Below are positions 55,352 to 64,000 of a stretch of DNA of 64,000 nt, piece after piece (position 1 is the stretch's first letter; every line of letters begins with the position of its first letter). Origin of the DNA: Oscillospiraceae bacterium. Lineage in GTDB: Bacteria > Bacillota > Clostridia > Christensenellales > Aristaeellaceae. The notes below the pieces were generated by a model that made no database searches, was not told the DNA's origin, and worked only from the letters and a program-made list of their open reading frames with translations. Location of the stretch: positions 8,001-72,000 of the forward strand of contig JAISWI010000094.1 in NCBI GenBank assembly GCA_031270865.1. The letters are read 5' to 3'. Made by a program: the position numbers and the translations under genes.

Positions 55352-56230
55352 TCAGCGGATTGCGGAAAGGCTGCCGCGCGAGGCGTCCATGATGGAGGCG
55401 GGCCCGCTGTCATCCTGTCGCCCCACCCTCCTACCCACCGGGATCATCAGCGGCGACCGCGCCACGGGATCCTCCAGTATCACGCAATCCATGCCAAACA
55501 CGCGCTTGATCGCTTCAGCGGTGACCACCTCGCGGGGCTTGCCCTCGGCGGCCAGCCGCCCGTCCTTCATCGCGAAGATATAGTCCGCGTACCGCGCCGC
55601 AAGGTTGATATCGTGCAGCACCATCGCCAGCGTTATGCCGCGCTCCCTGTTTAATTCTGACAAAACGTCGAGTATCTCTATCTGGTACGCCACGTCAAGG
55701 AACGTCGTCGGCTCGTCCAGCAGGAGGATATCCGTTTGCTGAGCCAGCGCCATCGCGATCCATACCCGCTGCCGCTGCCCACCCGACAGGCCGGATACGC
55801 TCCGGTCCGCAAGCTCCGCGACGCTCATTATCCCCATCGCCTCGGCAACCGCCGCCTCGTCTTCCTTCGTCCAGCCCCGAAACACGCGCTGGCGCGGATA
55901 CCGTCCGCGGCCCACGAGGTCGCCCACGGCGATCCCGTCCGGCACGACCGGGGACTGCGGCAGCAGCCCCACCATCCGCGCCAGGCGCTTGGGCTTGATC
56001 GTCCCCACGCCGCGCCCATCCAGCGTCACCGCGCCGGACATCGGTTTGATCAGCCGCGCCATCGTCTTGAGAAGCGTGGATTTCCCGCACGCGTTCGGCC
56101 CAATGATCGCGCTGATACCATGCCCCGGCAGCGAGACGCTCACCTCGCGAACTACGGCCTTGCCGTCATATCCCGACACCACGCGCTCGCACCGGAGGTC
56201 ATGCGCGTCCACCCGCGCCGCGCCCATCAC
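55352..56230 (-). CDS. Metal-chelate (siderophore/cobalamin-type) ABC ATP-binding protein
   Basis: ...GPNACGKSTLLK...LSGGQRQRVWIA...LDEPT... Confidence 0.9.
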   Translation of the reverse strand: MMGAARVDAHDLRCERVVSGYDGKAVVREVSVSLPGHGISAIIGPNACGKSTLLKTMARLIKPMSGAVTLDGRGVGTIKPKRLARMVGLLPQSPVVPDGIAVGDLVGRGRYPRQRVFRGWTKEDEAAVAEAMGIMSVAELADRSVSGLSGGQRQRVWIAMALAQQTDILLLDEPTTFLDVAYQIEILDVLSELNRERGITLAMVLHDINLAARYADYIFAMKDGRLAAEGKPREVVTAEAIKRVFGMDCVILEDPVARSPLMIPVGRRVGRQDDSGPASIMDASRGSLSAIR

Positions 56231-57279
56231 AGTTCCCCTTTCCCGCTCATGCGAACCAGCAGGAAGATCAGGTACGGGGCGCCCAGAATCCCCGTAACCA
56301 CGCCGACAGGGAAACGCTGCTCAAACGCGAACTGCCCGGCCAGGTCGGACGCCAGCGTCAGCGCGGCCCCGAACAGCCCGGCCGGCAGCGGATGCGAGTT
56401 GCCATTCCCAGCCAGGCGTTTGGCGATCGGCCCCGACAGGAACGACACGAACGCGATCGGGCCAGTCGCCGCCGTCGCGGTCGCGGCAAGCACAACCGCG
56501 CACGCCATCAAAACGGCGCGTGTCCGTCCGGCGCGAACGCCAAGCGTCAGCGCGGCGTCCTCCCCCAACTCCAGCATCCTCAACTGTCCGCTGAACAGCA
56601 GCGCAACCGGAATCACCACAACCGAGGCAGCGAACAGCGGATACAGCTCAGGCAGCCTCACACCGTTCAGGCTGCCGCTGAGCCAGCGCGTCGCGGCTGG
56701 CACGTCCCGCTCCCGCGCGGCGATCAGCATGTATGACACCAGCGCGTTGCACATAGCCTGTATGCCAATCCCCACCAGGATCATGCGCGATGCTGAAAAC
56801 CGCTTCCTATAATTGGATAGTATGAACATCGCCAGCGTGGTGGCCATCCCGCCCGCGATCGACGACGCGTACGCCGCGCCCGCCCCGGCGTGAAGCGTCA
56901 GGATGCAGTATACCGCGCCCGCGCTTGACCCGGACGTGATCCCGATGATGTTCGGGTTGGCCAGCGGGTTGCGCAGCAGCGTCTGGAACACGCTCCCCGC
57001 CATCCCGAACGCGAACCCGGCGAACAGCCCCGCCAGCATGCGCGGCAAGCGGATCGTCCGCGCCGCGAACAATACGCCCTTCTCGCCCACGCCGCGCAGC
57101 GCGTTCCACACTGTTCCTACCGGATACAGGGTATTGCCCATGAGCAGCATAGCGCAGCACAGCAGGAACGCCAACGCGCCAAGCGCGGCCGTCGCCAGCG
57201 CGAAGCGTCTCCTCCTATCGCGCCGCCCGCGCGTCCAGTCGGCCGCCCGCGCGTCCGCCGCCATCATCGCGGCCATCAC
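56227..57279 (-). CDS. FecCD/BtuC-family permease
   Basis: ...RLPRMLAGLFAGFAFGMAGSVFQTLLRNPLANPNIIGI... Confidence 0.88.
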   Translation of the reverse strand: MMAAMMAADARAADWTRGRRDRRRRFALATAALGALAFLLCCAMLLMGNTLYPVGTVWNALRGVGEKGVLFAARTIRLPRMLAGLFAGFAFGMAGSVFQTLLRNPLANPNIIGITSGSSAGAVYCILTLHAGAGAAYASSIAGGMATTLAMFILSNYRKRFSASRMILVGIGIQAMCNALVSYMLIAARERDVPAATRWLSGSLNGVRLPELYPLFAASVVVIPVALLFSGQLRMLELGEDAALTLGVRAGRTRAVLMACAVVLAATATAATGPIAFVSFLSGPIAKRLAGNGNSHPLPAGLFGAALTLASDLAGQFAFEQRFPVGVVTGILGAPYLIFLLVRMSGKGEL

Positions 57280-58310
57280 GCCCGCGACCGGACGGCCGCG
57301 TATATCAATATAGGGGCGCCCACGAACGCGGTCACCACACCCACCTCCAGTTCACCCGGATACGTCAGCAGCCGGCCTATTACGTCAGACGCGGTCAGCG
57401 TTACCGCGCCCAGCAGCGCGGACATCGGCAGCGAGCGGCGCAGGTCCGCGCCAGCCAGCATCCGCGCCAGGCGCGGCGCGAGCAATCCTATAAACCCGAT
57501 AGGCCCGGCCATCGCGGTCACAGCCCCGCACAGCGCCACGCCCGCCATCGACGCGATCAGCCGGACCAATCCCGCGCGAACGCCAAGCCCCGTCGCGGCC
57601 TCGTCGCCCATCGCCAGCGCGTTCAGCGCGGGCGCTGTCGCCACGGCCGTCAGCGTCCCAACAATGAAGAATGGCAGCAACGCGCCCGTCTCCGCCCACG
57701 TGCCCGATCCCACGCTGCCTACCTGCCAGTATCGGTATTGATCCATAACATATGAGCGGGGCAGCAATACCGCGCTGACCATGGAGGACAGAGCCGCGCT
57801 GACCGCCGCGCCAGCCAGCGCCAGCTTGATCGGCGTCGCGCCATCCCTGCCAACGGAGCCTACCGCATAGACAAACGCCGCTGTCAGCGCCGCCCCCGCC
57901 ATCGCCATCCCCATGTACTGCGCCGCCGTCGTGATGTTGAGGAACGCTATGCCGCATACCACGGACAGGGCCGCCCCGGTATTCACGCCCAGGATGGAAG
58001 GATCGGCGATCGGGTTGCGCGTTACGGACTGAGTCAACGCGCCGGATACGCCCAGCGAGCCGCCGCACAGCAGCGCGAACATGGTCCGCGCGACACGCTT
58101 GCGCGCGACGTTCGCGCCGTATGTGTTCACGTACGGGCGGAACAATCCGTCCGCCAGCTCGGTAAGGGTTATCGCGCGGGCGCCCAGCGCGAACGACGCG
58201 GCGGCGCAAGACGCCAGCAGCGCCAGCGACAACGCCGCAACGCCAACGCCATGCCCGCGCAGGGAGGACCGCGCCAGACCGCGATCCCTCCAGCTGGCGC
58301 GGCCTGTCAT
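57276..58310 (-). CDS. FecCD/BtuC-family permease
   Basis: ...GGSLGVSGALTQSVTRNPIADPSILGV... Confidence 0.88.
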   Translation of the reverse strand: MTGRASWRDRGLARSSLRGHGVGVAALSLALLASCAAASFALGARAITLTELADGLFRPYVNTYGANVARKRVARTMFALLCGGSLGVSGALTQSVTRNPIADPSILGVNTGAALSVVCGIAFLNITTAAQYMGMAMAGAALTAAFVYAVGSVGRDGATPIKLALAGAAVSAALSSMVSAVLLPRSYVMDQYRYWQVGSVGSGTWAETGALLPFFIVGTLTAVATAPALNALAMGDEAATGLGVRAGLVRLIASMAGVALCGAVTAMAGPIGFIGLLAPRLARMLAGADLRRSLPMSALLGAVTLTASDVIGRLLTYPGELEVGVVTAFVGAPILIYAAVRSRA

Positions 58311-59317
58311 TTTACGTTCGCCACGGCCTCGGCGATTTTCGCCAGATACTCGTCGATCGTATAGGTGAGTGACAGCGGCGTGACCGTCATCGCGGCTGAG
58401 AGCGGCGTTCCGCTGACGATGCTCACCACCGCGTTGTTCTTCAGCGCGGGGATGTTCCCCAGCACGGGATCGGCCTTGGCCGCCGCGTACGCGGATTCGC
58501 TGCTGTAGCCGATCAGGAAGTCGGCGTCATACAACAGGTCGGCGTTCTCGGCGCTCAGGCTCAACGAGTAACTGTTGTCCTTCACCAGCGATTGTACGCT
58601 TTCCGGATACGAGAACCCCAGATCTTCGATCAGGAACGCGCAGCGCGGATCGACCGGCGCGTAGGCGTGGAGGTTGGACAGGTTGTTCTCGTTGAAGCTG
58701 ATCCATACGAACGTCTTGCCCGCGAACGCGTCATACCGCGCGGTCTTTTCGGCGATCATGGCCTCCAGCTCCGCTATCAGCCGCTCGCCCTCGTCGGGCG
58801 CGCCTATACCCAGCGCGGTGTAGGTGATCCAGTCGCGCCAGCTGATCGTCCAGGGCGTGTCGGGGTAGGCGACCACCGGGGCGATCTGGCTTAGCAGGTC
58901 GTATTCCTCTTGGGTGATCCCCGAGTAGGCGGCCAGTATCACGTCGGGCTGGCAATCCGATATCGCCTCATAGTCTAGCCCGTCGGTATCCTGGAAGACA
59001 TTGGGCGACTCGACGCCCAGTTCGGCAAGCCTGGCCCGCGTCCACGGAAGCATGCCGCTGTCGTCCTGCACGCCGAAATTCGCCGCCGAGAACCCGACGG
59101 GCACAACCCCCAGCGCCAGCGCGACATCCTGATTCCCGAACGCGACTGTCGCCACGCGCTCCGGCTTGTCTTCCAGAACGGTAACGCCAAAGGCGTGCTT
59201 GATCTCAATAGGATACGCCGCGCCGCCCTCGGCCAACGCGCCCGCGCCAAGGCCGACGCCCATCACGATAACGAACGCGACCGCCGCGCCCAACGCCCTC
59301 CTAAACCCGCTCACCAT
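58307..59317 (-). CDS. Metal-chelate ABC substrate-binding protein
   Basis: Signal-like N-terminus. ...ERVATVAFGNQDVALALGVVPVG...DVILAAYSG... Confidence 0.85.
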   Translation of the reverse strand: MVSGFRRALGAAVAFVIVMGVGLGAGALAEGGAAYPIEIKHAFGVTVLEDKPERVATVAFGNQDVALALGVVPVGFSAANFGVQDDSGMLPWTRARLAELGVESPNVFQDTDGLDYEAISDCQPDVILAAYSGITQEEYDLLSQIAPVVAYPDTPWTISWRDWITYTALGIGAPDEGERLIAELEAMIAEKTARYDAFAGKTFVWISFNENNLSNLHAYAPVDPRCAFLIEDLGFSYPESVQSLVKDNSYSLSLSAENADLLYDADFLIGYSSESAYAAAKADPVLGNIPALKNNAVVSIVSGTPLSAAMTVTPLSLTYTIDEYLAKIAEAVANVK

Positions 59318-59398
59318 TAATTACCTCCTTATAATCATTGATCGCCGCCACAGCTTCCACTTCCGCGCCGAAAGCGTGAGCGTAAAGCTGAGAATCGG

Positions 59399-59426
59399 TT
59401 AGTATTGACTAATTAGAAGCAACTAA
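59399..59426. promoter_or_regulatory. Dyad-symmetric candidate operator just downstream of the -10
   Basis: TTAGT-N6-TAATTA-N6-ACTAA. It starts 13 nt past the -10 hexamer, so it would cover the transcription start. Confidence 0.35.
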
Positions 59427-59438
59427 CTAGCCGTTGCC

Positions 59439-59467
59439 ATTGTATATCGGGGAGGAGGGTTTGTCAA
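59439..59467 (-). promoter_or_regulatory. SigA-type promoter of the metal-chelate ABC operon
   Basis: The minus strand reads TTGACA-aaccctcctccccgata(17)-TACAAT. Confidence 0.55.
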
Positions 59468-59530
59468 GGCCTTACTTATATGCGCGGATTATCCAAAATT
59501 GGGCGGCTATAACATGACGACGTTGGAAGA

Positions 59531-59570
59531 ACATAACAAAATCCGCGCCGCTATATAAAGCGGCGCGGAT
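59531..59570 (-). terminator. Intrinsic terminator after the sugar ABC operon
   Basis: On the minus strand, ATCCGCGCCGC-tttatata-GCGGCGCGGAT is followed by TTTTGTTATGTT. Confidence 0.7.
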
Positions 59571-59596
59571 GCCAAATCCACTAAGGTTAGCGCCTG

Positions 59597-61138
59597 TTAC
59601 TTATGCATGTTATCCCACGCCGCGATCTTCTCCTCCATGACCGCCTGGCCGCCGTCGCGCATGTACTGCTCGCGCAGCTGGTGGAATGTCTCGAGGCAAT
59701 CCTCCGGCTTGGCCATCGTCGCCTTGGTCAGCAGCTCGCGCCTGAACGCCGTCAGCGATGTGTTGTACTGCGCGTCCGCTGCCAGTATCACGTCGAAGTG
59801 GAAGTTTGTCACCAGCGGGTCGATGTTCGCGACGTCGTACATCGCTTCAAATTTATCCGCGTAGTTCTGGTAGGAGTAGGACTGCGCCTTGATCCTGAGC
59901 GACGGGTCGGAGAACTCCTGGCCGTTCGTGAGCAGCGTGTAGTCGATGTTCTGCATGCTGTTGAACTTGGTCTCGTCCGTCACGTCCAGCAGGATCGGCA
60001 CGCCGGCCTCGTCCAGCTCGTGATGGCGTCCCTCCTCGCCGTTCTGCAGGAAGTACAGCGTGTCCAGGTCGCTGATCCAGTCTAGGTACATCACGGAAGC
60101 CTCGGGGTTCTTCGCGTACATCGGCACGAAGTTGAATATCCCGTTCGGAGCGTACATCGCGTGGTAGTACTTGGTTGGATCGGTCACGGACTCGAACGCG
60201 TTGATGGATACCAGGTCGGCCTCAGGCTCGAACGCGTTGAGCGCGCCCAGTATGCCGGGCGATACCCGTATCGGGTGGTCGTAGTTGTATGTATAGCCCC
60301 CGGCCTGTCCAGCGGCCACGGCCTTGGTATGCGTCTCGTTGTTATCCAGCGCGAAGTCAGTCGACACCAGCCCCTCGTTGTACAACTTGTTCAGGAACAA
60401 CACGTAGTCGTCGTACCCTTCCCACATGATGTCGGGCACGGTCGCCAGCGTCTTCTCGTCCAGGCTGGATATGAATGACAGCATCAGGTGGTTGTGCGTG
60501 GTCAGGTCGTAGTTGAACGCGTAGGGGACCAGGCCCTCCACGCCGCCGGGGTTGCTGTCGCGGAACGCTACGAGCGTGTTGTAGAATTCTTCCTTCGTCG
60601 TCGGTTCCGGCAGTCCCAGTTTATCCAGCCAGTCCTTGCGCAGGAAGAAGCCCTGCGTCGCCAGCACCACGCGCTTGGCTGGGACGGCGTACTGGCCGCC
60701 CTCGAATATCCCGAACTTGAGCAGGTCCTCGCCCAAATACGCCTTAAGGCCCTGCCCGTACTGGTCGATAAGGTCGGTAAGCTCTACCACGCCGCCCTGC
60801 TGCACGAAGTTGGTTATGACGGACTCGGTATACGTGAAGTGGATGTCGGCGGCGTCGCCCGAAGCCATCAGCACGTTCAGCTTGTCGATCTCCTCGCTGC
60901 GGGGGATCTGGATGAACTTGAGGTTTATTTTGCGCGGGTCGCCGAACTCCTTCTGAATCCAATCGGTCCACCAGTTGTCGTCAACGGGCGTTTGGCCAGT
61001 CACGCCCCGGTCGAACACGGCCACCTTCAGCGTGATCGGGCTGTCGTACCGGTACGGCGCGTCCTCCCCGGCCAGGCCTGCGGGTATCAGCGCGAAACAC
61101 ACCATCGCGCACAGCGCCAGGGACAGAATCCTCCTCAT
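59597..61138 (-). CDS. Extracellular solute-binding protein (large family-1 sugar SBP, LipO-like)
   Basis: Signal peptide MRRILSLALCAMVCFALIPAGLA; 513 aa. Confidence 0.85.
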   Translation of the reverse strand: MRRILSLALCAMVCFALIPAGLAGEDAPYRYDSPITLKVAVFDRGVTGQTPVDDNWWTDWIQKEFGDPRKINLKFIQIPRSEEIDKLNVLMASGDAADIHFTYTESVITNFVQQGGVVELTDLIDQYGQGLKAYLGEDLLKFGIFEGGQYAVPAKRVVLATQGFFLRKDWLDKLGLPEPTTKEEFYNTLVAFRDSNPGGVEGLVPYAFNYDLTTHNHLMLSFISSLDEKTLATVPDIMWEGYDDYVLFLNKLYNEGLVSTDFALDNNETHTKAVAAGQAGGYTYNYDHPIRVSPGILGALNAFEPEADLVSINAFESVTDPTKYYHAMYAPNGIFNFVPMYAKNPEASVMYLDWISDLDTLYFLQNGEEGRHHELDEAGVPILLDVTDETKFNSMQNIDYTLLTNGQEFSDPSLRIKAQSYSYQNYADKFEAMYDVANIDPLVTNFHFDVILAADAQYNTSLTAFRRELLTKATMAKPEDCLETFHQLREQYMRDGGQAVMEEKIAAWDNMHK

Positions 61139-61158
61139 CCGAATGCCTCCTTGATGTT

Positions 61159-62079
61159 TTATTCCTTAACCGCGCCTATCATCACGCCCTGAACGAAATA
61201 CCGCTGCAGGAACGGATAGACCGCCAGTATCGGCGCCGTGGCGAACACGATCGCCGCGGACTTGATCGTGTCGGAGAGCACGGCGTTGCGCCCGCCCTCC
61301 AGCATGTTTACCTCCGTATCCGTGCTGTTGAAGACCACCTGGTATAGTTTCATCTGGAGCGTATAGTACTGGGTGGAGTTGATGTAATAGCGAACGTCGG
61401 CGAACGTGTTCCAGCGCGTGACCGCGTAGAACAGGCTGAGCGTGGCCAGCGCGGGCACGGACAGCGGCAGGACTATGCGCGTGAGCACCGTGAAGTCGCC
61501 CGCGCCGTCTATCATCGCGGACTCCTCCAGGCTTGGCGGGATGCTGCCAAAGAAGTTGCGCAGTATGATCGTGTTGTAGGTGGAGATCAGCACGGGCAGC
61601 AGCAGCGACAGAGGGCGGTCCACCAGTTTCAGCGTCTTGATCCACAGGTATTCCGGGATTATCCCGCCAGAGAAATACATGGGCACCAGTATGAACAGCA
61701 TCAGCCAGCTTCGACCGGGCAGACGCGCCTTGCACAGCGGGTAGGCCAACAGTATGCTCCCCATCATCGCGAACACCGTGTAGGTCAGCGTCAGTGTTAC
61801 CGAAAACCCGAGCGCGCGCTGCATGCTCTTGTCCATAAACACGGAGGTATAGGCGTTGAAGTTGATGTCGCGCGGAATAAGCGTCACCTTCCGCGCGAGG
61901 ACAGCCTCGCGCCCGGACATGGACAGCGCTAGTATGTGCAGAACCGGGATGGCCGTGATCACCACCGCGCCGATAACCACAACGTAGATGATTATGCCGG
62001 AGAAACCGTTGCGCCGCGCGTTGAGCCGGCTTCCGGGGCGTTTCGTGACGACCTTGGCTTGACTGGCGCCGCCTACCAT
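61159..62079 (-). CDS. Carbohydrate ABC permease (MalG/LplC-like)
   Basis: ...LEESAMIDGAGDFTVLTRIVLPLS... EAA loop. Confidence 0.88.
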   Translation of the reverse strand: MVGGASQAKVVTKRPGSRLNARRNGFSGIIIYVVVIGAVVITAIPVLHILALSMSGREAVLARKVTLIPRDINFNAYTSVFMDKSMQRALGFSVTLTLTYTVFAMMGSILLAYPLCKARLPGRSWLMLFILVPMYFSGGIIPEYLWIKTLKLVDRPLSLLLPVLISTYNTIILRNFFGSIPPSLEESAMIDGAGDFTVLTRIVLPLSVPALATLSLFYAVTRWNTFADVRYYINSTQYYTLQMKLYQVVFNSTDTEVNMLEGGRNAVLSDTIKSAAIVFATAPILAVYPFLQRYFVQGVMIGAVKE

Positions 62080-63014
62080 AGCCCATCCTCCCCTAACCGC
62101 TTCGCGCCGAAGTTGGCCGCCAGCAGAAAGACCATGTTGACTACCGAGCCGAACATGCCGACAGCCGTCGCGAACGAGTAACGCGCGTTGCGAAGGCCCA
62201 TCTTATAAACGAACGTCGATATAACCTCCGCGACGTTGAGAACCATGTCGTTGGCCATCACGTAAGGCCGCTCGAACCCGATGGCGACCATCTGGCCCAG
62301 GCGCAGTATCAGCATTACAACGATCGTCGGGGTGATACAGGGCAGCGTCACGTGGATTATCCTGCGCCAGCGGCCGCAGCCATCCACTTCGGAGGCCTCG
62401 TACAGGTCGGTATTGACCGCCGAGATTGCGGCAAGGTAGATGATCGTGCCCCAGCCCGCGCTCTGCCACACGCCTACCATCACATAGACTATCGTCCAAT
62501 TGGCTTCATCCATCAGGAAGTTGGCGTTCCTTCCCAGGAGCCTTGACGCTATCTGGTTTGCTATGCCGGCGCTGCCGAATATCTGCGTGACTATGCCGCC
62601 GATGATGATCCACGACAGGAAGTGCGGCAGGTACAGGATGGTTTGCGAGACGCGCTTGACGGTCAGGCTGCGCATTTCATACAGGAATACAGCGAGTATG
62701 ATGGGCATCGGGAAGCCGAACAACAGGTCCAGCGCGTTGAGCGCGACGGTGTTCTTCAGCGCGAGCCAGAACTTCGGGTTGCCGAATATCTCCCGGAAGA
62801 CCGTCCTCCCGACCCACGGGCTGGCCCACATCCCCTTGAACATGTTGAAATTCTTGAACGCGACCTGCAGCCCGGCCAGCGGCGCGTACCGAAAGACCGC
62901 GTACTGGACCAGCGGCAGCGCGAGCATAAGGTAGAGCATGCGGCTGCGGTAGACGCGCTTGAGCAGTGGATCGCGCGGGGAGCGCCTCGCCGTGGCGGGT
63001 AAAGAGGGCGCCAT
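62073..63014 (-). CDS. Carbohydrate ABC permease (MalF/LplB-like)
   Basis: ...LYEASEVDGCGRWRRIIHVTLP... GGAGGTG lies 5 nt upstream. Confidence 0.88.
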   Translation of the reverse strand: MAPSLPATARRSPRDPLLKRVYRSRMLYLMLALPLVQYAVFRYAPLAGLQVAFKNFNMFKGMWASPWVGRTVFREIFGNPKFWLALKNTVALNALDLLFGFPMPIILAVFLYEMRSLTVKRVSQTILYLPHFLSWIIIGGIVTQIFGSAGIANQIASRLLGRNANFLMDEANWTIVYVMVGVWQSAGWGTIIYLAAISAVNTDLYEASEVDGCGRWRRIIHVTLPCITPTIVVMLILRLGQMVAIGFERPYVMANDMVLNVAEVISTFVYKMGLRNARYSFATAVGMFGSVVNMVFLLAANFGAKRLGEDGLW

Positions 63015-63064
63015 GTCAGCACCTCCAACAGGCGTTACGACAATTTATCAGGCGATTTTGTTAC

Positions 63065-63093
63065 ATTATAAACTGAAACGCATAAACTGTCAA
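63065..63093 (-). promoter_or_regulatory. Consensus SigA promoter of the sugar ABC operon
   Basis: The minus strand reads TTGACA-gtttatgcgtttcagtt(17)-TATAAT. Confidence 0.6.
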
Positions 63094-63644
63094 GGGGTTT
63101 TAACAGATAATACAGACGCGGCCGCCTTGCTTTAGCATAAACGCGCACAGGGTTGTCGGTATTATGAAATCCTGACACGCGGCGGCGGCTGTTTTTAGAA
63201 TTAACAACCAAACATTGTCCCGCCTCTCTGGTATTGACACGCGTCCTGGCCTGTGTTACCGTAAGATCGTTTAATGATATAATTCGACATGACTATCTCT
63301 GATGGGAGGCGGCGTCTTGCCGGATAACCGCCAGCCCCTGACCCCGGAAACCCCGACCGCCCAATGGCGCGAGGGGTTTATGGTGCGCGGGCCGCGCAGC
63401 GGCATATTGCGCCTTGCGCGGCCAGCCCCGCCGCCCCGTGACCCTGCGGCTTACCTGCGGACGCTGCTTGACGAGCCGCGTTTGACGGCGGCGAGGCCAA
63501 CGCGCTTCTCATCTCCGCCACGATTGTAACGCGGCCGCGTTGCGCGGCCAAGGACGTTTTATCCTGGTCTGCCCCCCGCCCGCCGCGCATACACTTCCCC
63601 CAAACGAGCGCCCCGCGCGGGCTTTACGTAAAGGGGGACAGCCA

Positions 63645-64000
63645 ATGCAGCCGACCAAACATGGATTTATTGGCGCGTTTACGCGCGACGGGTACGTGGT
63701 GTTCGATCCCGAACCACTGCTCGGCGGGAATGAACCGCGGCGGCTGCGCGTGCGCGGCGGCTCCGCCAGGACGCGGGCCGCCGCCATGGACGCGCTCGCC
63801 CGCAGGATCACCGAACAGGACCGCGAGGCCGACCTCCTGCACGACGTGCTGGACCCCGACGCGGTAGTGGGGATCGTCTGCCCCAGCCTCGCGCTTGCCG
63901 TCGCCAGCGCCGGCGCGGGCGATCCATGCCTGAATATCGGTCAGCCTGACGTATGCGTCGATATGGATGAGGCGCTGCGCTCAGTCCACTCCGGCGTTTA
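63645..64000 (+). CDS. Hypothetical protein (5' part; runs off the right edge), with a possibly degenerate P-loop
   Basis: Not in the track because there is no stop. AAGGGGGA lies 6 nt upstream of the ATG. MQPTKHGFIGAFTRDGYVVF...RRLRVRGGSARTRAAAMDAL...LHDVLDPDAVVGIV... From memory, the layout resembles an uncharacterised Bacillus/Clostridium ATPase family (H..GG.T..GF....ILKGGPGTGKS), but GKS is absent here. Confidence 0.45.
   Translation, partial: MQPTKHGFIGAFTRDGYVVFDPEPLLGGNEPRRLRVRGGSARTRAAAMDALARRITEQDREADLLHDVLDPDAVVGIVCPSLALAVASAGAGDPCLNIGQPDVCVDMDEALRSVHSGV

Noticed and set aside
63302-63529. 75-aa ORF in the leader region near the right edge
   Set aside because: It has no SD, a Pro/Arg-rich composition, and no recognisable motif. 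It is probably a chance ORF in GC-rich untranslated DNA.

Overview
GC-rich chromosomal segment (third codon positions mostly G/C) that looks like an endospore-forming Firmicute or Clostridia-type bacterium. The markers are spoIVA, whiA-crh synteny, pcrA-ligA, addB, and a split purH with a PurO-type IMP cyclohydrolase. About 95% of the window is coding, mostly on the minus strand.

Content from left to right:
- two aminopeptidases (DmpA-like, partial; DppA-like)
- a complete de novo purine operon: purE-purC-purF-purM-purN-purO-like-purH-purD-purL
- an orphan beta-class DNA methyltransferase translationally coupled to an unknown 199-aa protein
- spoIVA and an SDR
- two paralogous adhesin-like beta-helix proteins with no signal peptide
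- a metF-like/etfB/etfA/methyl-THF:corrinoid methyltransferase operon
- an ABC exporter operon ending in a LysA-like protein that appears to lack the PLP lysine
- queG-like, ligA, pcrA
- an ABC-2 transporter behind a terminator-containing leader
- murB-whiA-crh-radical SAM-addB, with no addA in the window
- a VTC-domain/DUF4956/CotH operon
- argS and a GH29 fucosidase
- an amino-acid ABC operon with a class V aminotransferase
- a FecCD-type metal-chelate ABC operon
- a sugar ABC operon

I recognised no rRNA, tRNA, CRISPR array, integrase or transposase.

The items I think most deserve follow-up:
- the VTC/DUF4956/CotH operon, as a possible polyphosphate-linked extracytoplasmic kinase system
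- the signal-less, Cys-tailed beta-helix paralog pair next to spoIVA
- a dispersed G-rich hairpin repeat family, including a 35-nt tandem array inside the pur operon
- the metF-etfBA coupling
- the LysA-like pseudoenzyme

All calls come from reading the translated ORFs and the DNA by eye. No database search or folding computation was run.
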